Virus record (IMG/VR): IMGVR_UViG_3300020183_000011
Reading direction: 5' to 3' (one strand)
DNA from: a virus
Length of the DNA stretch: 64,000 bases
Positions within the stretch are counted from its first letter, which is position 1. Every line of letters starts with the position of its first letter. The notes beneath the pieces are model-generated. The model did not search any database. It was not told the origin of the DNA and saw nothing but the letters and a program-made list of their open reading frames with translations. Shown in pieces: positions 30,210-40,168 of this stretch. The translations under genes and the position numbers were made by a program.

Positions 30210-30669
30210 GTGGAAAGATGTCGGTAAATGGTATAAGAGATACCTCAAGTTAGCTAAAGAGGTATCGACATGGTCTAAAGATCCTAGCACCCAAGTTGGT
30301 GCTGTCGTCGTTGGATCTAAAGGACAGATATTGTCACAAGGATACAATGGGTTTCCACGTAATATAGCCGATACGCCCAGACGATTAAAAGACAGAAAAG
30401 TTAAGTTGTCACTCGTAGTGCATGCTGAGATGAACGCTATATATAATGCAACATACTCCGGAGTATCATTAGACGGTGCGATCATGTTTATCTATGGTTT
30501 ACCAGCATGCTCTGAGTGTGCTAAGGGTATCATTCAAGTCGGGATAAGTAAAGTGGTAGTATCAAAACAATGTATAGAATCTCGCCCGCATTGGAACGAA
30601 TCATGGAAAAGTTCTAAGGCCATGTTCGATGAGGCTGGAGTTAAAATTTTTGTAATCGATGAGGAGTAA
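30190..30669 (+). CDS. cd: dCMP deaminase
   Basis: SKDPSTQVGA, GYNG, HAEMNAI, C..C. Confidence 0.92.
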   Translation: MTLQPTKWKDVGKWYKRYLKLAKEVSTWSKDPSTQVGAVVVGSKGQILSQGYNGFPRNIADTPRRLKDRKVKLSLVVHAEMNAIYNATYSGVSLDGAIMFIYGLPACSECAKGIIQVGISKVVVSKQCIESRPHWNESWKSSKAMFDEAGVKIFVIDEE

Positions 30670-30671
30670 TC

Positions 30672-30893
30672 ATGGCACAACCAGGTAATAAAGCAAGAGT
30701 TCATCCAAGCAGAAGATATAATAACCCAATGGTATATAAATCAGGCAAACCTAGATTACGACCATTGAACGTAAAACAATTAGCAGACTTATTAGATAAG
30801 ACACAGCGAAACAAAGATAAACAAAAGATAGTTAGAGAGATGCGTCGTAAAGGTTTAATTCACATCAAAAAATATCATCCGGAAATTTTATAA
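30672..30893 (+). CDS. Small basic hypothetical protein
   Basis: GAGGAG SD. Confidence 0.6.
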   Translation: MAQPGNKARVHPSRRYNNPMVYKSGKPRLRPLNVKQLADLLDKTQRNKDKQKIVREMRRKGLIHIKKYHPEIL

Positions 30894-30902
30894 GGAAAAC
30901 AC

Positions 30903-31982
30903 ATGGGACTATTAGAAAAATTAAAAGGTAACTCAACGATCAAAGACACAGCTATCTTAGCTCAGTCCAAGTTCTTTACAAAGAAGGACATGATCCCAAC
31001 ATCCATTCCAGCAATCAACATTGCATTGAGTGGTAAACTTGACGGCGGTTTAACACCAGGTCTAACGATGTGGGCAGGTCCATCAAAACACTTCAAGACA
31101 GCGTTCAGTTTATTGATGGCCAAGTCTTATATGGATAAGTATCCAGAATCTGTATTATTATTCTATGATTCAGAGTTTGGTACACCACAGTCTTACTTCC
31201 AATCCTTTAGTATCGACCAAGAACGAGTGCTTCATACTCCTGTCACAGACGTAGAACAACTTAAGTTCGATATCATGAAGCAGATCGAAGGCATCGAGCG
31301 TGATGACAAGATCATGATCATCATAGACTCTATCGGTAACCTTGCATCTAAGAAGGAAGTTGAAGATACCCTCGAAGGTAAGTCTGTCGCAGATATGTCA
31401 AGAGCAAAACAAATCAAATCATTATTCCGTATGGTCACACCACACCTTACGCTTAAGGATATCCCAATGGTCGTAGTTAACCACACTTACATGACCATGG
31501 AGATGTACTCTAAGCCTGTAGTTGGTGGTGGTACTGGTTCATACTATTCAGCTGATAACATCTACATCCTTGGTCGTCAACAAGAGAAGGATGGTACTGA
31601 GTTATCTGGTTATAACTTTATTATCAACGTGGAGAAATCAAGATATGTCAGAGAAAAATCTAAGATACCTGTTACTGTTCATTTTAATGGTGGTATTAGC
31701 AAGTGGAGTGGGTTGCTTGATATTGCTTTGGAAACTGGTCATGTGGTTAAGCCATCTGTTGGTTGGTTTGCTAGGGTAAACACAGAGACTGGCGAGATCG
31801 GTGAGAAGTTTAGGATCAAAGATACCGATACCAAAGAGTTTTGGATGCCAATACTTATGGACAAATCTTTCCAAGATGCAGTCAAAAACAAGTACCAAGT
31901 CGCGCATGGTTCTATCATCAAAGATGAAGACATCATGGATGAGTTAGAATCAATCGAGGACATCGATGCTACACAAGATTAA
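30903..31982 (+). CDS. uvsX: RecA-like recombinase UvsX
   Basis: AGPSKHFKT, FYDSEFG, IDSIGNLAS, VNHTY. Confidence 0.97.
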   Translation: MGLLEKLKGNSTIKDTAILAQSKFFTKKDMIPTSIPAINIALSGKLDGGLTPGLTMWAGPSKHFKTAFSLLMAKSYMDKYPESVLLFYDSEFGTPQSYFQSFSIDQERVLHTPVTDVEQLKFDIMKQIEGIERDDKIMIIIDSIGNLASKKEVEDTLEGKSVADMSRAKQIKSLFRMVTPHLTLKDIPMVVVNHTYMTMEMYSKPVVGGGTGSYYSADNIYILGRQQEKDGTELSGYNFIINVEKSRYVREKSKIPVTVHFNGGISKWSGLLDIALETGHVVKPSVGWFARVNTETGEIGEKFRIKDTDTKEFWMPILMDKSFQDAVKNKYQVAHGSIIKDEDIMDELESIEDIDATQD

Positions 31983-32262
31983 GTACGAGACTGGTCCATA
32001 CGACGTCAATTCTTATTATATCACATACACAGAAGGCAAGTATGCAGGAGTAAAGATAGTACTAGGCGCAGTCAAGTTCGTTGAGAACGTAGAGAAAGAT
32101 AACTGTACTTTAAAATATAACTATGATATAATTGATGGTATAGTTGAAGAGTCTGATAAGAAGGACTTTGATATATACATTGGAGACACCTTGATGCAGA
32201 TGTTATCTGACGGTGTTAAGAACAACGATTTAGTTTATACAGGCGGTGTTGATGAGGATTGA
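31966..32262 (+). CDS. Small protein at the gp40 position
   Basis: Lies between uvsX and 41. Confidence 0.5.
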   Translation: MLHKIKYETGPYDVNSYYITYTEGKYAGVKIVLGAVKFVENVEKDNCTLKYNYDIIDGIVEESDKKDFDIYIGDTLMQMLSDGVKNNDLVYTGGVDED

Positions 32263-33640
32263 AGACACAATCTTAAGTAATTTGATTCACAACGAAGAGT
32301 ACTGTCGTAAGGTATTGCCATTCCTTAAGAAGAGATACTTCTCTGAACGTAAGGATGCTATGGTGTTTGAAGAGATCAATAGGTTCTTTAACACTTACAA
32401 TAAGCCAATCACCAACGAGATCCTTCAGATCGAGGTTGGCAATCGTAAGGACATGTCAGACACAGACTTTAATGAAACAATGATAGCTGTCAAGAACCTT
32501 ACAAAACAAGATACAAATGAGGAGTGGTTGTTAAATGAAACGGAAACTTTTTGCAAGAAGAAAGCAGTATACAATGCCATACTCGACTCCATCGCGATCA
32601 TTGATGGAAGAGATAAAGAAAGACAAGATGACGCTATTCCATCGTTACTATCAGATGCTCTTGGCGTTAGTTTCGATAATCATGTTGGGCATTCCTATCT
32701 TGCTGATTCTGATGCACGCTATGAGTTCTATCATAAAGTAGAAGAGAAGGTTAGGTTCGACCTTGACATGTTGAATAAGATCACTAAGGGTGGTCTAAGT
32801 AACAAGACATTAAACGTAGTGCTTGCAGGCACAGGTGTAGGTAAGTCATTATTCATGTGTCATTGTGCCGCGGCAAACTTACTAGCAAATAAAAATGTAT
32901 TGTATATAACCATGGAGATGGCTGAAGAACGTATCGCAGAACGTATCGATGCAAACTTACTTAACCTCTCTATGGATGAGTTAAAGGTGGTCGATAAACC
33001 CATCTTTGATAATCGGTTAGATAAGGTCAGGAAAAAGTCTGAAGGTAAACTTATCATCAAGGAATACCCAACTGCCGGTGCCCATGCTGGTCATTTTAGG
33101 GCATTACTTGAAGAGTTAAAGCTTAAACAAGAGTTTACTCCTGACATTATCTACATCGATTATCTAAATATATGTAGTTCACAACGACTTCGATATGGGG
33201 CTAACGTAAACAGTTATACCTATGTCAAGACGATTGCTGAAGAACTAAGGGGTTTGGCAGTTGAGTATAATGTACCTATAGTGAGTGCCACACAGACTAC
33301 TCGGTCCGGTTTTACGAATTCCGACCCAGGTCTTGAGGACACATCCGAATCCTTTGGTTTGCCAGCAACTGTTGATCTCATGTTAGCTTTGATATCTACA
33401 GAAGATCTTGAAGCTCTAGGTCAAATCATGATCAAACAACTTAAGAATAGATACAACGACCCATCTTATTACAAACGATTCGTCATCGGTGTTGATAGGT
33501 CTAAGATGAAGCTATTTGACGTGGAAGTATCGGCACAGACTAACATAGCAGATGCAGGTCAAGACGATAAGCCTGTGTTTGATAAGTCTGAGTTTGGCCG
33601 GCGATCCAACGCCGAAGGGTTTACTGGATTCAAGTTTTAA
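32252..33640 (+). CDS. 41: Replicative helicase gp41
   Basis: AGTGVGKS, ITMEMAE, IDYLN, SATQTTR, QLKNRY. Confidence 0.97.
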   Translation: MRIEDTILSNLIHNEEYCRKVLPFLKKRYFSERKDAMVFEEINRFFNTYNKPITNEILQIEVGNRKDMSDTDFNETMIAVKNLTKQDTNEEWLLNETETFCKKKAVYNAILDSIAIIDGRDKERQDDAIPSLLSDALGVSFDNHVGHSYLADSDARYEFYHKVEEKVRFDLDMLNKITKGGLSNKTLNVVLAGTGVGKSLFMCHCAAANLLANKNVLYITMEMAEERIAERIDANLLNLSMDELKVVDKPIFDNRLDKVRKKSEGKLIIKEYPTAGAHAGHFRALLEELKLKQEFTPDIIYIDYLNICSSQRLRYGANVNSYTYVKTIAEELRGLAVEYNVPIVSATQTTRSGFTNSDPGLEDTSESFGLPATVDLMLALISTEDLEALGQIMIKQLKNRYNDPSYYKRFVIGVDRSKMKLFDVEVSAQTNIADAGQDDKPVFDKSEFGRRSNAEGFTGFKF

Positions 33641-33643
33641 ACA

Positions 33644-33664
33644 GGGAGCTACGGCTCCCTTTTT
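33644..33664 (+). terminator. Intrinsic terminator
   Basis: GGGAGC-TACG-GCTCCC-TTTTT. Confidence 0.85.
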
Positions 33665-33680
33665 GTTATATAAATAACCA

Positions 33681-34670
33681 ATGGACATCATATCATTTAT
33701 AAAAAAATCTCTAGCACAAGTTACAGTAACTGCAGATAAAAAAGATATTGTAGTTAAATCAAAGGATAGAGAAAAGACTAAAGCAGCTCTAGAGAAGGCT
33801 CTTAAAGCCAAGAACATAAAGTTTAAGAGTGTATTTAAGAAAAGTAAATCTTCAAGCTTAGACGTGCTTGAGGTCTCTGGCTATGCTGGCGATATCATAT
33901 TTAAACCAATCATTCAAAAGGGAGCTGGAGGGGTTGGTTTCGAAAAAGAACTTAAACTCGATCTTGAAAACTACTTTAATGGTGCAAATAAAAAAGACCT
34001 AAAACATGGAGATGTTTTAGCTGAGCTAGAAAAAGTATTAAAGATGACCCAGCGTTCAGGATACAAAGTAATCCATGAAGGATCTAAAAATCAAAAGAGA
34101 CTATTAACATATTCTCCAGGTAAACTATCAGTAAGTAACTCGACAGGAGTTACACTAACAGACTTAACTTTAGAAAAGGCTGGCAAAAAAGTATACCTAT
34201 CTCTTAAGATGTCTAAGTCATACTATATCTTATCAGCATCTATATTCAATTACTTTTTAGATAAAAAACTTAACTCATCACTATGCGAGTATTTAGGACT
34301 TGATGGGGCAATGATGGGTGGGTTTGGTAAAGAGTATTATTGTGTTACTAAAAAACCAAACTATAATAGAGTAAGAGCAAACATAGAAAAATTCTTGTCT
34401 GTAGCTTATGGTTCAAACGTAGTTATAGTTCACAAGAAGATGATGAACAATGTCATGGTATCTGATATCAAGTCATCAGCTTCAGTTAAGGTATCAGATC
34501 TTGATGCTGAATCATATATCTATCCTGAAGTAGGTAAACGTAAGTATGCTGCCATCAAATTTAACGCTGACATCAATAAGCATAAATATATAGTTAATTT
34601 CCAATTTCGTGGAACCACGGCCACTGACACGGGCCCTAAATACCTCAGGATTTTAATGGAAAGGTTGTAA
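33681..34670 (+). CDS. Late hypothetical protein, restriction-endonuclease-like PD-(D/E)xK pattern
   Basis: GFEKEL...TDLTL...YLSLK; TATAAATA directly upstream. Confidence 0.45.
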   Translation: MDIISFIKKSLAQVTVTADKKDIVVKSKDREKTKAALEKALKAKNIKFKSVFKKSKSSSLDVLEVSGYAGDIIFKPIIQKGAGGVGFEKELKLDLENYFNGANKKDLKHGDVLAELEKVLKMTQRSGYKVIHEGSKNQKRLLTYSPGKLSVSNSTGVTLTDLTLEKAGKKVYLSLKMSKSYYILSASIFNYFLDKKLNSSLCEYLGLDGAMMGGFGKEYYCVTKKPNYNRVRANIEKFLSVAYGSNVVIVHKKMMNNVMVSDIKSSASVKVSDLDAESYIYPEVGKRKYAAIKFNADINKHKYIVNFQFRGTTATDTGPKYLRILMERL

Positions 34671-34703
34671 CAATTCGTTACAAACTGTTACAATTTGGTA
34701 ACA
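34667..34703 (+). repeat. Four GTWACA repeats at 10/10/11-bp spacing abutting a promoter
   Basis: GTAACA 34667, GTTACA 34677, GTTACA 34687, GTAACA 34698; TATAAT at about 34724. Confidence 0.7.
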
Positions 34704-34746
34704 CCTTTAATTAAGATGTATGGTATAATAAGAATATAGAGAATTT

Positions 34747-35364
34747 ATGCTCAATTTTAAAGAATATATAAAAGAACAACAGGAATTTAAGCCAGGTTAC
34801 CTAACCATATTTGACATAGATGACACTCTATTCCATACGACTGCCAAGATCATAATACGTAAGTCTGGTAAGGCTATAAAGAAGCTTACTAGTGGTGAGT
34901 TTAATACCTATAAATTAGGTCCTGGAGAGTCCCCAGACTTCTATGAGTTCGAAGATGCAGAGAAGTTCAATAAAGAATCTAAGCCAATCACTAAGATGTT
35001 TAATAAGGCTAAGGCCCTCTTAGCTGATACCAAGAAGCATCCAAACAACAAAGTAATCATAGTCACAGCAAGGCCAAACCTAGACGATAGGGAAACCTTC
35101 TTAAATACATTTAGGAAGTTTAACTTTGACATCGATAAGGTTCGAGTAGAAAGGGCTGGAAGGATCAGTTCTTTAAACGCGGCCCAAAGTAAAGCTGTCA
35201 TCATCAATAACTACTTGAAAACAAAACAGTTTGACAAAGTTAGGCTGTTTGACGATAGTATAAATAATCTTAATGAGTTTCTCAAGTTAGAGAAACATTT
35301 CCCAAGCATTAAATTTACTGCTTGGCATGCACATACAGATGGGACAGTGAGACAAGTCAAATGA
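34747..35364 (+). CDS. HAD-family phosphatase (PNKP-phosphatase-like) with a capsid-targeting-like N-terminus
   Basis: FDIDDTL, VTAR, K, FDDS; starts MLNFKEYIKE. Confidence 0.8.
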   Translation: MLNFKEYIKEQQEFKPGYLTIFDIDDTLFHTTAKIIIRKSGKAIKKLTSGEFNTYKLGPGESPDFYEFEDAEKFNKESKPITKMFNKAKALLADTKKHPNNKVIIVTARPNLDDRETFLNTFRKFNFDIDKVRVERAGRISSLNAAQSKAVIINNYLKTKQFDKVRLFDDSINNLNEFLKLEKHFPSIKFTAWHAHTDGTVRQVK

Positions 35365-36545
35365 TTAAGTTTACAGAATTCTTAACAGAAGCCGCAGATG
35401 ACGGCAAATTAAAGCATATCCACCATCCAGAGGATCGTCCACTGATGCATGGTAAAAAGGGGTTTGAACATGCCTTTGGTGCTTTAAGTCAAGCACATGA
35501 ACACTTAAAGTCTGGTAAGAAGAGCACTGATATGACCATGAAGTATGATGGCTCTCCAGCTATTGTATTCGGTCATCACCCAAAGACAGGTAAGTTCTTC
35601 GTAGCTTCTAAGTCTGCATTCAACAAGAACCCAAAGATTAACTATTCTTTAGAAGACATCGAACGTAATCACGGTCATGCTCTAGGTCTTGTACAAAAAC
35701 TATCTGCAGCATTAGAACACCTACCTAAAGTATCACCTAAGAAGGGTGTATTCCAAGGTGACATGATGTTTAGTCACGGAGATGTGGTGCATAACCCAAA
35801 CGGATCAGCTTCATTTACACCGAACACCATCACTTACTCTGCTCATGGTACAGAAGCTAACAATATTAAGAAAGCAAAGGTTGGTGTAGTCGTACACCAA
35901 CAGTATCGTGGATTAGATTTACATACTATGAAGGCTAGTCCTAATATCGAACATAAGTTTAAAGCACATCCAGATGTATGGCATAAAGGTGCAGAACATG
36001 ATACATCGTTCACTAACTACTCGCCTAAGTCACAACTAGAATTTAATAAACACATGGAGAAAGCTAAGGCTATCCATGATACACATCATAAGACGATGTA
36101 TCCGCTTACAGAGCCTCATCATGGAGAAGGCGGCCATCTAGCTACATATATAAACAAAACGGTCAGGAACGATGAGAAGCCAACACCACGTGGCTTTCAA
36201 CAGCATATCCTTGACAGATCACAAGCATCACAAGATAAACTTAAGACTGCTGCAGCTGCACAGAAGAAACAAGCTGAGGCAAGATCACACGTTGATCATA
36301 TACAGAAAAACAAAGAACACTATGATAATTTATTGAAGATGCACCAGCATCTAGCAGCGGCAAAGAACACGTTGGTGTCAGCGCTTAATGCCCATCCCGG
36401 TACATTAAGTCATCATATCAATGGTAAACCAACTGCACCTGAAGGTTTTGTAGTACACCATCAGAACGAGCCAACTAAGTTGGTTAATCGAGCAGAGTTT
36501 AGTAAAGCAAACCTTTTAAAAGGAAAAAAGAATGTTAACATTTAA
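35361..36545 (+). CDS. DUF6267-like protein, RNA-ligase/ATP-grasp nucleotidyltransferase-like
   Basis: KYDGSP, FVASKS, FQGDMM, EGFV, KLVNR ligase-like motif series; starts MIKFTEFLTE. Confidence 0.65.
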   Translation: MIKFTEFLTEAADDGKLKHIHHPEDRPLMHGKKGFEHAFGALSQAHEHLKSGKKSTDMTMKYDGSPAIVFGHHPKTGKFFVASKSAFNKNPKINYSLEDIERNHGHALGLVQKLSAALEHLPKVSPKKGVFQGDMMFSHGDVVHNPNGSASFTPNTITYSAHGTEANNIKKAKVGVVVHQQYRGLDLHTMKASPNIEHKFKAHPDVWHKGAEHDTSFTNYSPKSQLEFNKHMEKAKAIHDTHHKTMYPLTEPHHGEGGHLATYINKTVRNDEKPTPRGFQQHILDRSQASQDKLKTAAAAQKKQAEARSHVDHIQKNKEHYDNLLKMHQHLAAAKNTLVSALNAHPGTLSHHINGKPTAPEGFVVHHQNEPTKLVNRAEFSKANLLKGKKNVNI

Positions 36546-36822
36546 AGAGTATCTATTAGAGTATGCGATCGACGCTAAAGGTCATAAGTCTTCTACAGGC
36601 GGGTTGACTAAGAAAGGTGTTGATGCATACAACAGAGAAAACCCTGGCAGCAACTTAAAGATGGCCGTAACTACAAAACCATCTAAGTTAAAACCTGGAA
36701 GCAAAGCAGCAGGCCGACGTAAGTCATTCTGTGCTCGTATGGGTGGAGTCAAAGGCCCAATGAAGGACGAGAACGGTAAACCAACAAGGAAGGCACTTGC
36801 CTTAAGGAAATGGAATTGCTAA
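36532..36822 (+). CDS. DUF6321-like small basic protein
   Basis: GGLTKKG, RRKSFCARM, LRKWNC; starts MLTFKEYLLE. Confidence 0.65.
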   Translation: MLTFKEYLLEYAIDAKGHKSSTGGLTKKGVDAYNRENPGSNLKMAVTTKPSKLKPGSKAAGRRKSFCARMGGVKGPMKDENGKPTRKALALRKWNC

Positions 36823-37421
36823 ACTTTAAAGAATACTTAAAAGAAGAAACTGATGCTAAGCACCATGTCTTAGCATTTGGTCGTATGAACCCACCTACAA
36901 CTGGTCATATGAAGGTGATTGATAAGGTGCACGATGTTGCGGCTAAACATAGCGCTAGTCATGGCGTCGTTACTTCACATAGCCAAGACAAGAAGAAAAA
37001 CCCTTTGACTGCTGCACAAAAGTTGAAACATTTAAAACGTTATTCTCCACAGACAAACTTTAAAGCATCATCTCCTGAGAGTCCAACTATACTACATCAT
37101 GCTGCTGATCTACATAAGAAAGGTATAACACACTTACATGTGGTGGTTGGTTCTGATCGTAAGAAAGAGATGCATGATTTACTACATAAGTATAATAATA
37201 AAGAATCTGGTCATGGTCATTATAACTTTAAGAAGATAACTGTACATTCTGCAGGTAGTAGAGACCCAGATGCTGAAGGTACTAGTGGAGTATCAGGTAC
37301 TAAACAAAGAGAACATGCCGCGATAAAACACTTTGACAAGTTTAAGAAGGGCGTGCCTTCACATGTATCAGATGCACACGCTAAAGAATTAATGCACGAC
37401 GTACACCATGGGATGAAATAA
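36810..37421 (+). CDS. Cytidylyltransferase-like (HIGH-superfamily) nucleotidyltransferase
   Basis: FGRMNPPTTGH, KNPL, VVGSDR, SGTKQR; N-terminus (L)LNFKEYLKE. Confidence 0.85.
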   Translation: MELLNFKEYLKEETDAKHHVLAFGRMNPPTTGHMKVIDKVHDVAAKHSASHGVVTSHSQDKKKNPLTAAQKLKHLKRYSPQTNFKASSPESPTILHHAADLHKKGITHLHVVVGSDRKKEMHDLLHKYNNKESGHGHYNFKKITVHSAGSRDPDAEGTSGVSGTKQREHAAIKHFDKFKKGVPSHVSDAHAKELMHDVHHGMK

Positions 37422-38006
37422 TGAAACAACTAATCTTAGCATCACTATTATTAACTGGCTGTAGCTTCATCATGCCAGTACCACATGATCCAGCCGAAGC
37501 TGCAAAGCTCGTGGATGTTAAACAGAAGATGGAGACTCTAACCTGTGATGCTACAAAGGACTTCCCAAGATGGCAGTCAACCGTAGACGACCTTAGATGG
37601 TTAAACCTATACACAGAGTTTAGAGCAGACCCACAAGCAAAGACTATTGAGGAACTATATTTCGCAATCCAAAAGGCTAGGGACGGTTCAGTACCTTACT
37701 GTGAAGCCGCTTTAAAACTACAAAAGACTCGTATTCAAGTAATCGAGAAAGCATGGAAAGGAAGGTAATATGTCAGTATTAGACGACTTAAGAACGGCAA
37801 TGAAAGAGCCAGGCATCAAAGGTGCATTGGCCCAACAACTACATGACATCACAGAACAATACAATGATGGCATCCTTACAGAAGCTGAATTTAAAGACTT
37901 GGTAGAACAGATTGCTGATGTCCAAGCTAACGATGAGCTTGCAGGAGATGAGGTAACTTCAAGATGGGTCGTAAATATAACTAAAGTGATTCTCTCGGCC
38001 GTATAA
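37421..38006 (+). CDS. Lipoprotein (37421-37768) and small helical protein (37770-38006)
   Basis: Lipobox LTGC; adjacent ORFs. Confidence 0.55.
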
Positions 38007-38038
38007 ATAATAGTAATACCTTATATAGATGGAATAAA

Positions 38039-39712
38039 ATGAAGAACTATAGACAGCTTATCAAAGAACTGCCTTCCAAGACGCTTATAATGTCTGTTGG
38101 AAGCTTTAACCCGCCTACTCTCCAAAGCGAGATGGCTTTCAAGCTAGTCGAGAAGCTAGTTGAGACTCATAATGCTGACCATGTCATATACGTGACAGAG
38201 GAAGCAAACAACCTCCCAGTAGACAGAAAGATACACTTCCTTGATCTCATGTTCAATAAGTTAAACTTTCGTCCATTGTCAGAGGAGAAGCTAGTATCAG
38301 AGATCGGTAAGTTAAAGTCAAGGTATAAGAACGTCATCGTAGTTACTTCAGAAGACAAGTCTAAGCTATACGAGTCAATGCAAGTGGTATCCACAGGATA
38401 CCCTGACGTAGAAACACCTAAGCTCCGTTCAATGGTTACCAAAGGTGACTATCAAACATTTAAGAAAAACCTCCCGTCCTCAGTAAGAGACATCGATGCA
38501 AGACGCATGATGAACGAAATGAGACAAGCTCAAGGGCTTGAGTTCATCAAGGAAGACGTTAAGTTCTCTGTAGACATGTTAAGAGACAAGTACTTTAAAG
38601 GTGAGATCTACCACATCGGTGACATCGTTGAGTCTGCTGGACAACAATATGAAATCATGGACCGTGGATCAAACTACCTAGTGGTCGTCAATAACACAGG
38701 TGACTTATCACGTAAATGGGTAAAAGACGTGACTCTAGTCGAAGCATGCTGGAAAGGCTATAAAGCAAAAGGCCTCAAGAAAAAGGGCAACAAGATGGTG
38801 CCTAACTGTGTACCTGAGGAAGTCAAAGAAGACACAGACCCACAAGTATCCTATAAAGGATACACTACAAAGAACATGCATCACAGCGCTGACTTAGCTA
38901 AGACATTCAAGCTCGCTTCAGCAGACGCTAAGGATCCAATAGCTATGCTTAATGCTATCAAGACTACAGACACATACTTAGAGCTACATAACGATAGAGG
39001 TGATAATCCTACACTCGACCAGCTCAAGACATGGAAACATGCACACATCAAAGCTAAAGAAGCCTTACAAAAGATCGGTCACTTTGATGCACACCAAGAA
39101 CACTGGCTACAAAGCTCAGAAGCTCTAGACAAGATGTTGATACCTCATGCTTCGAAGTTAAGAGAAGAGTTAGACATCGGTAAGCATAGTAATCAAAACA
39201 TCGAGCGTTCTGTAACCATGTTCCAAAACTTCATGAAGATGGGTAAAAAAGAACCTGGCTTCATCAAAGACCCTAAATCAGGCGACTTAGCTAAACCTAT
39301 AGAGCCAAACGTTAGTCAACAGATAGATGACTTAGAGCCAAATTGGCCAAGACATGTACAGACAAAAGTTGGTCATACGTTAGCTACGCGAGACCACCTT
39401 CGCAGACAAAAAGTGCAATACGCTACAGAATCTACAAACATATTGGTAGGTGACATGATGGATGAGGACTTTGCTGTTAAGTTTTCTGAAAGTCATGGCG
39501 GAGAAGTAGGAGACGGTATAGGAGATGAAGACATAACGAAAGTTAAGTCGATACCACCACACCTTGTACCTAAAAAAGAATTCGGTGATGTTTCTAAACA
39601 AAAGGGTAAAGGGTTCTCTGCATTGTTTAATGGCAAAGAGAACGTGGACTTTGACTTTCAAACATTTAAAAACTATAGGTTGCAAAGAGAACAAGGAAAA
39701 AAGAATAAATAG
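38039..39712 (+). CDS. Degenerate cytidylyltransferase-like domain fused to further modules (including CWKGY...VPNCVP)
   Basis: GSFNPPTLQS lacks the His; LR..Y..GEI..IGD SH3-like block; starts MKNYRQLIKE. Confidence 0.65.
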   Translation: MKNYRQLIKELPSKTLIMSVGSFNPPTLQSEMAFKLVEKLVETHNADHVIYVTEEANNLPVDRKIHFLDLMFNKLNFRPLSEEKLVSEIGKLKSRYKNVIVVTSEDKSKLYESMQVVSTGYPDVETPKLRSMVTKGDYQTFKKNLPSSVRDIDARRMMNEMRQAQGLEFIKEDVKFSVDMLRDKYFKGEIYHIGDIVESAGQQYEIMDRGSNYLVVVNNTGDLSRKWVKDVTLVEACWKGYKAKGLKKKGNKMVPNCVPEEVKEDTDPQVSYKGYTTKNMHHSADLAKTFKLASADAKDPIAMLNAIKTTDTYLELHNDRGDNPTLDQLKTWKHAHIKAKEALQKIGHFDAHQEHWLQSSEALDKMLIPHASKLREELDIGKHSNQNIERSVTMFQNFMKMGKKEPGFIKDPKSGDLAKPIEPNVSQQIDDLEPNWPRHVQTKVGHTLATRDHLRRQKVQYATESTNILVGDMMDEDFAVKFSESHGGEVGDGIGDEDITKVKSIPPHLVPKKEFGDVSKQKGKGFSALFNGKENVDFDFQTFKNYRLQREQGKKNK

Positions 39713-39715
39713 AAA

Positions 39716-40168
39716 ATGGACAAACTAATAGCATCTTTAAAAGTAATCCTTGGTAATACGTTCGTCATGTATTTCAAGACCCATTCATATCATTGGAACG
39801 TTGAAGGCATAAACTTCAGTCAGTATCATGACTTCTTTGCCACGATCTATGAAGACTTATATGGTGCTGTAGACCCATTTGCAGAAGAGATTAGAAAGCT
39901 AGATACTTATGCTCCTATCAGCTTGATGGAGTTATATAACTATAAGACTATCACAGAAGACGCTACAAAACCAACAACTATCCATGAGATGTTAGTCAAC
40001 TTGTTGATGGCAAACACAGAATTATTATCTGCTTTGTCTGCAGCCTTTGATACAGCTACAGCTGAAAAACAACAAGGCCTTGCAAACTACATAGCAGATC
40101 GTATGGCCGCACATAAGAAACATGAATGGATGTTAACAGCATCACTTAAGAACATTGGAGGAGTGTAA
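39716..40168 (+). CDS. dps: Dps-family ferritin-like protein
   Basis: HSYHWNVEG..F...HDFF..IYE, D..AE.IR, H.KHEWML. Confidence 0.93.
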   Translation: MDKLIASLKVILGNTFVMYFKTHSYHWNVEGINFSQYHDFFATIYEDLYGAVDPFAEEIRKLDTYAPISLMELYNYKTITEDATKPTTIHEMLVNLLMANTELLSALSAAFDTATAEKQQGLANYIADRMAAHKKHEWMLTASLKNIGGV

